Positions 38,316 to 49,750 of a stretch of DNA of 64,000 nt are shown piece by piece; position 1 is the first letter of the stretch, and each line of letters starts with the position of its first letter. Made by a program: the position numbers and the translations under genes. This stretch comes from Lama glama (lineage: Eukaryota). Under the pieces are notes generated by a model. The model searched no databases. It saw nothing but the letters and a program-made list of their open reading frames with translations, and was not told the DNA's origin. Where the stretch lies: the NCBI GenBank assembly GCA_028534125.1, contig CM052816.1, forward strand, positions 81,966,001 to 82,030,000. The letters are read 5' to 3'.

Positions 38316-38549
38316 GTGAGTTAGGAATACTCCTGTAGTTCTAACGTGACTATTTAGACAGGCAGTCCCAAACCTTCGCTGCATGCCCTTCAAAGGAATT
38401 GGAGTTTCAAACATATTGCCAGGAAAAAATCACATCATTAGATAGGTGAGCAGCCAGACACTGGTGTGGACCAGGGGACAGGCTCTGATCCAGTATTTTT
38501 GGTCTCACTGTCATGCATCTTACTTCTTTGTAAAGTATAAGAGAAGTGT

Positions 38550-38770
38550 GAAGGAGGTGGAAACTTTTTTTCTATGAAGAGACAAATATTAAATATTCTA
38601 GGCTTTATAGGCCGTGTGGTCCCTGGTCACAACAATCTGACTCTGCCATAGTAAACTAAAAGCAGTCACAGAAGAAATGGAAATGAATGAACATGGCTGG
38701 GTCCCAGTTAACCTTTATTTACTAACACAGGCCACGGGCTGAATTTGGTTCTCCAGTTCCTGCTCTAGAT
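38550..38770. mobile_element. MER58A-like hAT-Charlie MITE
   Basis: aaatattctaggctttataggcc...aaatgaatgaacatggctgggtcccagttaacctttatttac. Confidence 0.8.
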
Positions 38771-39079
38771 GAGTGGTTTGAACATGAGCTAATGAAATAA
38801 TTAAGAAAATAACCAAAATGTTATTTCTTTGCATCCGTTTTTTATTCAGTTTTTGGATCCCTTCCCCCTAATCAGATATTCAGAGCTCTCTATAAACTAT
38901 AAAGATTAAAGATGCTTGTCATAGACTTTTTAGTCCTTAAACTAGAGTCCCGATTTGAATAATGGAGTATAATTTTCAATAAAGAGATGAAGACTTAGCA
39001 AGGAAAATTCTTGGACCTTTTGCTTTGTTTTGTCTCTATAGAGAGTGTCTGTGCCAGATTGTCGTCTGTACTGTATGTA

Positions 39080-39301
39080 TGGTTGGCCCTTGAATTATGT
39101 GGGTTTGAACTGCATGAATCCACTTAAGTGTGGATTTTTTTCAGTAAATATGTGCTACAGTGCTACATGATCATGTCAGTTGGTTGAATCCACAGATGCG
39201 GAAATGTGGATACAGAGGGCTGACTGTAAAGTTAAACTGGATTTTCGACTGAATAGGGGGTCGCTGCCCCTAACCCCCGACATTGTTCAGGGATTCAACT
39301 G
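39080..39301. mobile_element. Tigger2a-like (MER8/MER28-related) Tc1/mariner MITE
   Basis: Ends tggttggcccttgaattatgtgggtttgaactgc and cccctaacccccgacattgttcagggattcaactg are imperfect TIRs. Confidence 0.82.
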
Positions 39302-39608
39302 CAGTTTATTTTTCAGTTGATACTCCTCAGCTTCAACTAGGCACTGTTTACCAGTCTTCATTTCAGCAGTTGTTTAATCCTTAGTTCTTACTTCTCTCTC
39401 CTTTGAAAATGAGCCTGCATTGACTCAGATCTCTTTTCAATTGAGGGGCCTTAGGGAATTGTATTTAGTTTTGTGCTTTAAGCAAGATGAAAACGTTGCC
39501 TTTTTAAATCATGCCTTTTTAACAAAAATTCTGGGTTTTCTTTTTTAATCCACAAATACTCATTGATCTCTTTACACTGAATTACACTGAATTTTTTTTT
39601 CCCCTTAG

Positions 39609-39714
39609 AGGCCACAATCAGAGGATGGAATTCCTAGGTGACTCCATAATGCAGCTGGTAGCCACAGAATACTTATTCATTCATTTCCCAGATCATCATG
39701 AAGGACACCTAACA
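39609..39714 (+). CDS. DROSHA: DROSHA exon M (GHNQRMEFLGDSIMQLVATEYLFIHFPDHHEGHLT), RIIIDb signature, E1147/D1151 equivalents
   Basis: tttccccttag|AGGCCAC ... ACA|gtgagt; 106 nt, phase 2-0. Confidence 0.98.
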
Positions 39715-41799
39715 GTGAGTTTGTGTAAAATCATTTTCCTTCAATAAGATTGCTGTATAATAAAGAGCGAAATTAGAAGAACCAAATATATTTTTATGTA
39801 ATGGGTGACTTAGATCTTGGTGACTTTAGCATGTCACATGGTTTTGTTTTATTATGTGAATTTTGTACAAAGCATCATATGGTAAGAACCCATTTTATGC
39901 TCCAACTCAGTGATTCAACTGAGCAGGAGCATAAAATGATTGCCTGCTCAGTGCAAGACACTGAGTTAGGCTTCAAGAGGGGAGCAAACGTTTATTAACT
40001 GACACCTAGTCTGTCCATAAGAACTGTTGCAAGTAATTAAAAATGTAAGTAAATAACTACAACTTGTGTGTGTGTGTGTCTACATATACATGTACACTAT
40101 AAAAAGTATAGGTAAGTAATTGTAACTAAGTACAAGGGAGTACCATGTCAAATATTATGAAGAGACATAGAAAAACTGTTGCAATTATGCTGTTGAGGAA
40201 AAGTAAGTTTTCTTTTAGCTGTGGAGTTCCTAGAAGGCTGCTTGGATATGATGATGTTTGAGTCTTTAAGGCTGGGTAGGATTTGGCCATTGGGAGTTAG
40301 TGGGAAATTTCTATGCAAAGACAATCCACACACTGGGACTGCCGAGAAACAAGGCGCAGCGTGGAAAATCAGAAGCCTCAGTTTGTCTCAACCGTGGTGG
40401 AGTTGAATGAGGCTTATAGAGACAGGGTTTGATTTATGAACACAGTGAAATGGCCCCATTCCTCTCACTTTTGTTTCATTTTATAAAACTTTATTGAGCT
40501 TTTTTATTTGCTGTGTACTATTTTTACTCCATGAAACCGATCGATAGTATAACTGGAATGGAGAACAAAACATCCTCTGGAAGCCGGTCATGATGAGTGC
40601 TCACAGCACAAGGAATAACCTTTGAGAAGTCCCTGTAGCATTGGGCGTTGAGAAAGCAAATGCTTTATTGGGCAGAGAAAAATAATCCACACTAAGACAT
40701 TTTGTGAGTGCAGATGCTCTTAATTACGCTAGAAGCAAATAATAAGTCTTTCATACTTTGCATCTATACAGTTCTTATGCATGTTTGGCTTTGAATAGAG
40801 TTGGATCTTATCTGTGCAACTGTGAATCCTGGAAATGGTTTATATGAGACACAAATACTAGAGTTAGGGAGTATATGAATTGGCTATAACTTTTCAGTGA
40901 AATTTCTAAGCCCAACAGAATATGGTTCTTTCATTCATTTACTCAGTGAATATTTATTGTGCTCCTACCCTGCCTCATGTCCCATTATATGAGAAAGCAG
41001 TACCCTTACTTTAAATGTAATTTAAAATTAACAGTTTGTTTACCATTTAAAGTTAACTGCTTTGGGTGGACAAGAAGTGTTTCCCCCTTGAATTGATACT
41101 AAATTCTTAAGAACATATGAGCATGTACCAGAAATAAACCAATCTCTGGTATCTTGAGCTGCATTCGGGGATCAATAAATGCTTGTTCAGTCTCTTCCAT
41201 TAGAGAGTAGACTTTATAGCTGTCAGGGTATCAGGTTGGTCTGAGAATTGGCCAAACCGAACCAAATGGCTTGAAGTAGTAATTCACTTCATGGCCACAT
41301 GGAGGCCACAGTTGAAAATTGTGACTTACACATTTACCCCTGTTTTCCCACAAAATTAGTTGTAAAGTCTAGGATTTTGTAAAGATGGGATGTACAGATC
41401 AACAAATTTACTGTAATCCTTCTTAGTCACTGCATATGTGCCCTCTTGGCCTCCAACATTGAACAGACAATGAAACCAAAACTCAGAAAGGCATGAATCC
41501 TACCCAAGGTCTGGATAAAGGTAAAAGCAGGAATATGCTAGAGATTCCAGTTTTGTGTCTTTTCCAGAATGACTTCAGTGCAGTGATTTGTAGTTTTATC
41601 CAAAAAATGTTTATTAGCTTAATGTCTTAAAATTAGAGAATTTTTGACTAGCTTATTAGAAAGATGTTAACAGATGACAAAATTCTGATATGATGGTTTT
41701 ATTAACTATATTCACAGAAAGCTTTGGTAGAAATCAGTTGGACCAGCAGATCTTTTGGCAAAACAAAGATGACCTGTCATCAGTTAAATACAGTTAAAT

Positions 41800-42410
41800 A
41801 CATACAATGTATTTTCCTCGTTTACTGTCTGTCTCGTCTCGTTGGAGTGTACACTTCATGAGGACAGGGGTTTCGTCTTTTCTCTTCATTCCTGATTCCC
41901 TGGGCCCTTGGACAGTTCCCAGCATGTCAGCGCTCAGTTCATGAGCTGAATGAATGATCCATGAATGATCATGTTCCAGTCTAACGCTCTCGGCTTATTC
42001 TGTGAATAGCGACTTAAGAATGAGCCTGCCCCCTGCCCGGCCTCATGTCCCACGTGCTTCTTTTCCCCCGCCCTCCCCTCTGGCTGCTCTGTGTTCCTCC
42101 AGGCCCCCTCCTGCGTCGGGCTTTGTATGTGGTGTTCTACTCGGAGGGCTTTCTGCTTCCTGCCCTTACTCTGGTCCACCTGGCGTCTCCTACTCTGCCC
42201 TTAGATGTCGGTTCCGGTGTGACTTCTGCCTGCAGGGGAAACTTTCCAGTCACATTTCCATGTTCTTTTCCTTCCTGGTGCTTACTTGAGTTTGCCTGTC
42301 TCACTACCCTGAAGTTCTGCGAGAGCATGTTTTTATTTATCACTGCCTGCCCAGCAGTGCCTGGTATACGGAGGCTTTCAGTACATATTTGATGAATAAG
42401 TAGAAGAATG
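41800..42410 (+). mobile_element. Two L2 3'-end fragments in tandem
   Basis: Tails at ~41900-41965 and gcccagcagtgcctggtatacggaggctttcagtacatatttgatgaataa (~42350-42400). Confidence 0.6.
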
Positions 42411-44139
42411 AGAGTTCTGTGGGCAGCTAAGTCTGGGGTGGGGGTAGCAGGAGCAGCACTGGAGGAAGCAGCATGTTGTTTTATGCCTAAGGCGAGAAGC
42501 TGAAAACTTATTTATGAATGTCTAAAGATTAGAAGTAATTTAAGATTTATGGAGGATTACTTGTTGCAGTTGCTTTTGGCGGAAAGGGGATAGAGTGGGG
42601 GTGGAGGATTGCAAATTATTCATTACTGTGATTAGAGGACACACAACTCCAGTAATTCACACAAGAGACGGTAGTTGGCTTGGAGTCGTTCCCTTGCCCA
42701 CTGATTTTGCAGAGAATAAGGACAACTGAGCAGATGAAATCATAGTTTTCAGTTTTGAATACTGATGGGGGGAACCTAGTGTTCTATAAATCGGGTATTC
42801 AAAAAGGCCTATTTGGGAAGGAATGTCAGGTTAAATAATTGTTCTAGGATGGTGAAGTTTGAATTGGGACATAGAGGGAAGAGGTTCTGTTTCATAGACT
42901 GAAGGTTTGGTATTTGAGGATAGAACCTACTTAGAGTCAGGGTGTATAGTGAGAGGGTCTCAAAAAGCACTTACTCAGACTAGAGTGCCTGTCTTGTCAC
43001 GCTTTCCAGTTTTAACATTTGCATGAGCTTCCACCTCTATTTTATAATTTTTTCTTAGCCTTTACTACAACCTACTGAGCTAAAAATCAAAGTCAGTCTC
43101 ATGCCTACAATGTGCAAGGCATTTTGCCCACTGGTGGAGTCCACCAGCAAGACAAACTTGCAGAAATTTTTGTTTTTGGAGGAATGATTTGGGATATGAG
43201 AAAGCGAGGATTATAAACAGAAAGTTTGAGAGCCAGTGATCTAACCCTTCCCTGATGCCTCCAAACAGCACTAAGCATAAATCATTCAAACAGGTATCTT
43301 ATCTAAAAGATCTCTTAGAGAGAACAGATTCCGCGGCCTTGTGTTTGAGAATTTCTCCGTCACCAACATAATTTGGCTCTTTGTATTTGACCTGCATTCC
43401 AGCTGCCAGCATTTGCCTACCTTTTCTCTAGTTATCACCGGAAGTGGAGACAATCTGGCTACCCCTCTTGGTATGATAGACCTGTGTGGCACATCACTGT
43501 CATTTTTAATATGTCCTGCTTTTACCCCGTGCTCTTACATTACAGCCCTCAAAGTAATAAATCAAGTCTACTCATTTTACACTAGGTGGCCCTCTTCGGT
43601 AGCTCATATCCACAGCTCTGGTTCTCTCTTTAGACTCAAGAGTGAACAGAAGTTGAAGGAAGAGAGTTAATATGTTTCTTTGCTTATTTTAAACCAGTAA
43701 ACCTTTTTCTTAGTAAATTTTAAGTTTAAATTAATTCTGAAAGACTGCCATGTTGAGATCATAGAAAACATCCTGGATTCTCAATTCTCCAGTTTGTGAT
43801 TTGTGATGTTTTTATTGGGCCTCACCATTGCTTCAGGAACTCAGCAGACTTTTCCTCAACTTTACAGAGAGCCCTAACTACAGCTTGCCTCACTTTTTCT
43901 GGTGATTTCAAGTTAAACTTTATCTTTCTTTTGCGGGGGACTGAGGGGAGGGGGTGTTAAAAAAGTTGTTAAGGACAGGTTAGCACTTAGTAAAATGGAG
44001 AGCTCTGAAGACAGTAGACAGATATCCAGAATATTTGCACTGAAAACAAATCCAGAGGACTTCCAAGAACTTTCTGTAACCCTTTCCATGTAACTGAAGA
44101 GCAAGCATGTCTTGCCTGATGATAATGATGCCAGTAGCA

Positions 44140-44378
44140 ACAGCAGCTCACATTTCCCGTGTGTTTATCAAGTACCAGTCACTGTATGTGGATTGTGTAC
44201 TCATTCACTTTAATTCTCATTTCATCCCTGTGCGGTGGGTACTGCTTTCTCCGTTTAATGGATGAGGAAACTGAGCCTCAAGGAGATTTGGTGACCTGTA
44301 TAGAGTCATTCAGTCAAGAAGTGGTAGGGCTGTAGTTTGAACCCAGTCGGCATGGCGCCAAATATTTTGCTTTTCACT
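44140..44378 (-). mobile_element. MIR SINE
   Basis: ggatgaggaaactgagcctcaaggag...gtggtagggctgtagtttgaacccag. Confidence 0.82.
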
Positions 44379-44825
44379 AGTGCGTCTGACCCAAGGCATT
44401 GTTTGCAAAACAGTCTAATAATCATTTCATGCTCTGTTAGGTGCTTAATGTTCATTTTCTTGATTTCTACTGAAAAGAAAAATTCCTCTATGTAAAATAG
44501 CAATGCATCAACATCAGCAGACTTTCCAACCTCACGTCTTAGCCCTTTCAGATCCATCCACCAAAATGATCCTTCTAAAATCAAAAAACCACCTTGCCAC
44601 TTTTCCCCACTTGACACCTTTTAGGATCCCTCTTCCCTAGTAGAAAAGTACTGGCTTCTTTACTTCCCCTGAGAGACTCTCTATGCAGAGGCTGGCCAGC
44701 CTCCCCTGTATCCGCTCTTCCCCACTAGGCTCAGGTTTCCCTCCAGTTCCAGCCAGTGATCGCCTTGCTGTGTCATGGTCCTGTGCTTTTGACAGAGCTG
44801 TTTCCTCCTCCTGGAAAACCCTCTC

Positions 44826-45110
44826 GTATTGTCTTCGCCTGTTCAGGTGGCTAAAGCAAGGTTACCCCGAACCGGGTGGCTTATGAACTATATTGTTCAC
44901 AGTTCTGTTGGCTGGGAGTCCGAGATCGGAGTGCCAGCAGTCAGGTGAGGGCTCTTCTGAGTCTCAGACTTTGCCCTGTACCCTCACAGGGTGGAAGGGG
45001 CTAGAGGTCTCCATGGCAGAGGCCCCCACCTCCTAATACTGTCATCGTCTTCGAGGGTTAGGATTTCAACACGTGAATTTTGGGGCAACAGCAAACTTTC
45101 GGACCATAGC
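44826..45110 (-). mobile_element. MLT1A-like MaLR solo LTR
   Basis: gggtggcttatgaac...tcacagttctgttggctgggagtccgagatc...gggttaggatttcaacacgtgaattttgggg...ttcggaccatagca. Confidence 0.85.
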
Positions 45111-45134
45111 ACCCAGTCTTCTCCCACTGGCAGA

Positions 45135-45320
45135 TTCATTCTTTTTCAGTTCTGGCTCTACATTCATCAGAATCCAACTACATGAATTTTTTAAAAATGT
45201 ACGCATCCAAGTTACATCCCCAGAAATTCTAATTCCCTGGTTATTAGAAGAGGCCTGAGCACCAGTATGTCAAAAGTACCTTACGATTCTGATATAACAG
45301 CCAGGTCAACAAGCCCCTGA
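45135..45320. mobile_element. MER5-like MITE, degenerate
   Basis: ccccagaaattctaattc...gattctgatatacagccagg. Confidence 0.55.
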
Positions 45321-47364
45321 AGTGTTTTTACTCAGGGGTCAGGTCCTCTGGGAGGCCTTTTCGGAAGGCTGAGTTGGAGAGGAGCACCGCGTGGCCCCTG
45401 CTGTCACTGCAGCCGCCTCGGTGCATTGTGGTGGCCACTTTGTGCATAGCTTTCTCAGAAGTTAGAAGCTCTTGCAGGGCGGCCACGAGATGCCAGTCAT
45501 CTTGGGATCTTCAGCCCGCAGCACAGGGGCCGCCAGGCATCTGCCTCCATAGCTGTTGCACGGAACTGCCGTCATTTAGGTGGTTTTCTGCCTTGTGATC
45601 CCCCCCTTGAGCTCACTCGTTGGCAAACAGCGTGATTCATTCTGAAGGAGAGTTCAGCAAAGGCCAAGGGTAGAGGCTGTCATTTAAAGAACTGCCTTTC
45701 AGACTCTCTTATTTAGGTAAAGAGCAAAGTCTTACCTTTTTTCAACTCGTCTTCTAAATTTAAACTGACTCCAAAAATACGGATGACTTGTAACTTCCTT
45801 CTCCCCTGCTGACTTTGGGTTCAGGCTCTGAGTTTTGGCAAGAACTGAAAGATCTCCCTTTCTGCTGGCCACCCTGTGGGCGCTTTAAGACCCATCAGGG
45901 CATATCTTAGATAAAACTAGAAGTGCTTCTGTTTCCATCCTCACTGCTTCCTCCTTCCCCTCAGATAGGAGTACTGCGCAGGACTGCATGAGGAGCCCTG
46001 ACGCTGCGGCCCCATGACAGCGACATGTCGTGGATTGTGTGTGCTCCTGTGAGCATCAGGCTTGTTGATTCTGGGGCATAAGATCTCCATACATGCAGCC
46101 CGAATAAGAATTTTCTCCTCGCACCAAAGCCGTATACTGAGAGAGAACCCCCCTTGTTCAGCATAGTCATATTCTCAAAATAGCCCCCCTATTCCCCCAC
46201 GGCCTCTACTTTGAGAACCTCTCCCATTAGAAATCCAAACTAAAACATACCTCCCTTCCATCTCAGTTGTTGTGTAATTACAGGATATTAGGCTGGTGGG
46301 CTCCCTATTGGTTGTGTCTTCTTTTAATGTTCTATTCCAGGCCTTTTTACTTTTGAGCTTCTCTGTGGATATTAATTTTAATGAAACACATAGTATATTG
46401 AAGAAAAAATAGAGTTGGGGGAAATCGGAGGAGGAAAGGAGCAGAGACAAGCAAAGAGTAATAGCCTGTAACTCGACGGCAAGCATGGCTTATGAAGATC
46501 AAGTTGTATTTCTGCTTCATGAATCATTGTCAGACAAATTAAGAACATATTGTTTCTTATTTATCTATCGTCAAGGATGCAATCTCAGGCGTGGAGAATA
46601 AATCTTGATTTTCATAAGCTCAGTTGACACTATGGAGGCACAGAGTATAAAACTCACATCTAATAAACAAAGTGCGATGGGGAATGGCAGAGGGTATGAT
46701 TCCAGCGGCTGCTTCCTGCTCCTCGGCTCTGGTGTCAGGGATGTTCCTTTGCAGGAAGGAATTCTTATAGTAGACCATGAGTTTGTTATACCTGTTGTAA
46801 GAAAAAGGTCTAGTTTTAGGTGCATTATTCCCTCACATCTTGGAGATCGGGGGTAATTACTTTCAGCTTCTGTTTGGTGAGCTCTCATCTTTGTATCCCC
46901 CCGCTTTTCCCGGCCTCCCTCCCCCACTTTCCCCCAGTGAGTGATCAGTGAGTGTTAAATTCCAAAACCATGCTTGCTTCATGGGCACCTCTACAATGGA
47001 CTGGTTGTACAATTTTCATGCACTGTTTAATGTTACTACTTCGATAGTCATTGGAGGCCTCCCAGCTGACTGAAATTCCTAGTAGAAATTTTTGTTTGGA
47101 ATTCCTGAAGTTGAAACATGAATGTTATATTTTAATTTGATTCAAAATAAAGGATCTCAGGTTGAAAAACTGTGAGTCAGGATATGTAGTTTAAATCTTT
47201 AAAATAGTAAAAGTAACACTGTAAATACATAATTTAAATATTTTAAATAATACTAAAACATATTTCCCCAAATCCTATAGTATTGAAATTAGCATCAGTG
47301 CCATAAAACTTGAAGCTTATTTTAGACTTTTTAAAAATGCTCCTTTAAAATTAATGTACAATGA

Positions 47365-47540
47365 CCGAAAGCAGGTGGAGTTTGCCTGTTGGTTGATGGA
47401 TTGGATTGATTGATTGCAAAAGGGCCAAGGAACTTGCTGGGGGTGATGGAAATATAGATGCTTATCAGAACTCATCTAACTATACTGAAAATGGGTGCAT
47501 TTTATTGCATGTAAATTATACTTCAGTAAGTTGATTTTCA
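47365..47540 (+). mobile_element. Old L1 3' end
   Basis: gggggtgatggaaatat...tcagaactcatctaactatac...gggtgcattttattgcatgtaaattatacttca. Confidence 0.8.
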
Positions 47541-47870
47541 AAGTTTTAATGCTCCTTCATTTAGTAGCATTTAACTTAATGGAAGCTGTGACCTTTAATA
47601 TGATACAGCATCTCCCCTGACACTGCTCACTGCTACTAAACAACTAAATGAACGGTTTAAATGTCTGTTAGGTAAAATCCAGGAACAGAGTAAGTTATTA
47701 AGAAGAAATTAGAAGCATGTGGAATTTATCACTGCCTCCTGGGGGTAGTGATTACTTGCCTAGGTGTCCCTGTCAGTGAGGTGGTCTAGGCTGGTTGGTC
47801 CCAGCATAGGAGCACAAGAGGGACCAAAAGTGATTTGGTTTCTAAGTATACCTCAATTCCTTTTGTCCAG

Positions 47871-48012
47871 TTGCTGCGAAGCTCTTTGGTGAATAACAGA
47901 ACTCAAGCCAAGGTAGCAGAAGAACTGGGCATGCAGGAATACGCCATCACCAACGACAAGACCAAGAGGCCTGTGGCCCTTAGGACCAAGACCTTGGCAG
48001 ACCTTTTGGAAT
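47871..48012 (+). CDS. DROSHA: DROSHA exon N (LLRSSLVNNRTQAKVAEELGMQEYAITNDKTKRPVALRTKTLADLLE-S), D1219/E1222 equivalents
   Basis: ccttttgtccag|TTGCTG ... GAAT|gtgagt; 142 nt, phase 0-1. Confidence 0.98.
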
Positions 48013-49471
48013 GTGAGTCCTATAAAATAAAGCTTTTTCCTTAACCTGCAGATTCAGAGTTTAAATCAAATGGACCAGCATTTATGCTGCTTCTCATTAT
48101 TGTTATGTTTGACTAAAGAAACCTCTTTTCTATTTTAATTTTTCTTTTTGCATTTCTCCAAAACTTGTTTGAAGGAGAATTATTTGGAATTAAGAGATAT
48201 GAATAATGAATTTATGTTCAATCCGTATTCAGTGGTACCCTTCCCCTCCCCCTGCACTCCTGCCCCCTCCATCCTAGTGCTCAGCCATCATGTCTTTTTG
48301 TGTGAAAAAGTAACAGAATGTGAAGATTGGTAATGGTGAATCACAGCTGTTTTTGCCACCCAGCAGCCTTCAGATAGGGACATAAAGAAAGAAGGGAAAT
48401 TTATTCATTAAACACTAAAACTATTATCTGTTTTGAATGAGCTCAAAGCTCTATGGACAATGTTGTCATCTTGCACAGTTTCTGATCTGGTGTGGTAGCA
48501 TTATAAGTAATCCTGTTACAGCTAACTAAAGGATTATACACACAGTTCTGTTGTTTCTGGTATGACTTTAAAATAAGTGCACCATTCGCTGGGCCTTGGA
48601 ACTTTTTTTTTTAATATTATGGTATTTTTGACAATTGGAGTTCTATACACATATTAAAGTCTACCATGCAAAACCAGATGATTTTCACAGTGCAAAGGCA
48701 ACCTGACTAAGGGACTGAAAAGAACTTACTCAATTAAAGAAAAGTAACTTAAGATTAAAATTACAAAAAAATTAAGTTGAGTCACCAGTCTTTTTTTTAA
48801 TCTCAACAAAAGCTATTTTTATTCCTTCTTTTAAAAACTCGCCATTTGTTTACTTGGTTAAGGTGCCTTTTAATGAGGTTGTCTTTGGGGTCACCATTTA
48901 TCAATGTAAATTTGGACATATTGTTATACTGTCATTAAGCCCGGTATTAAGTTTTTCTCTTTTACAGCAGACTGAATCTGTAAATTGTCCCATTTCTGTT
49001 TACGGAATATAACACAGACCCTTGTAAATGGGTGATCTCCTCAAGATCGGTGTTAAGAATAGCAGGCCTCGAGGATATGCCTATTCTGGTGTCATATCTG
49101 ATCTTCAAGTTTTATTTTGATTTATTTGATGTTAACATGGTTGTATTCCTAGATATCATTCTTTCCCTGCTATACAACAGCATGTTATGTATCATTTTAA
49201 CTAGTTATTCATTTAGCCCTTAGCCAAACGTAATTTGGTCTTTATACTCTGTGTTTCTTTGCATCTTAATCACACATCTATATTGCTGCTTCTGATATTG
49301 GTGATAAAGAGTAGTTCTTGTTTGAAGAAAGATGAAATGGTAAAGCTAAAAAATAAAGAAGTCTTGGAAGTTGAAAACCTTATTAAAATGTTTCTTAAAA
49401 GCCTAGGTCTTATACTCTTTCTAGAGAGTAGCAATGCATTGTGGTTTATTTTGAAATATTCTCTTTTTCAG

Positions 49472-49554
49472 CATTTATTGCAGCACTGTACATTGATAAG
49501 GATTTGGAATATGTTCATACTTTCATGAATGTTTGTTTCTTTCCGCGATTAAAA
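49472..49554 (+). CDS. DROSHA: DROSHA exon O (FIAALYIDKDLEYVHTFMNVCFFPRLK)
   Basis: ctctttttcag|CATTTATT ... AAA|gtaagc; 83 nt, phase 1-0. Confidence 0.98.
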
Positions 49555-49646
49555 GTAAGCTCATATAAAATTTAGATTGGTTACATGTTTTATGCTTGGT
49601 GATTCTAGAACCCGTTACTAAATACTTTTTGGGGGACTTGCTACAG

Positions 49647-49750
49647 GAGTTCATTTTGAATCAGGATTGGAATGACCCCAAATCTCAGCTTCAGCAGTGC
49701 TGCTTGACACTTAGGACAGAAGGGAAAGAGCCAGACATTCCTCTGTACAA
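49647..49750 (+). CDS. DROSHA: DROSHA exon P (EFILNQDWNDPKSQLQQCCLTLRTEGKEPDIPLY-K), start of dsRBD
   Basis: cttgctacag|GAGTTC ... TACAA|gtaagt; 104 nt, phase 0-2; preceding intron is 92 nt. Confidence 0.98.
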
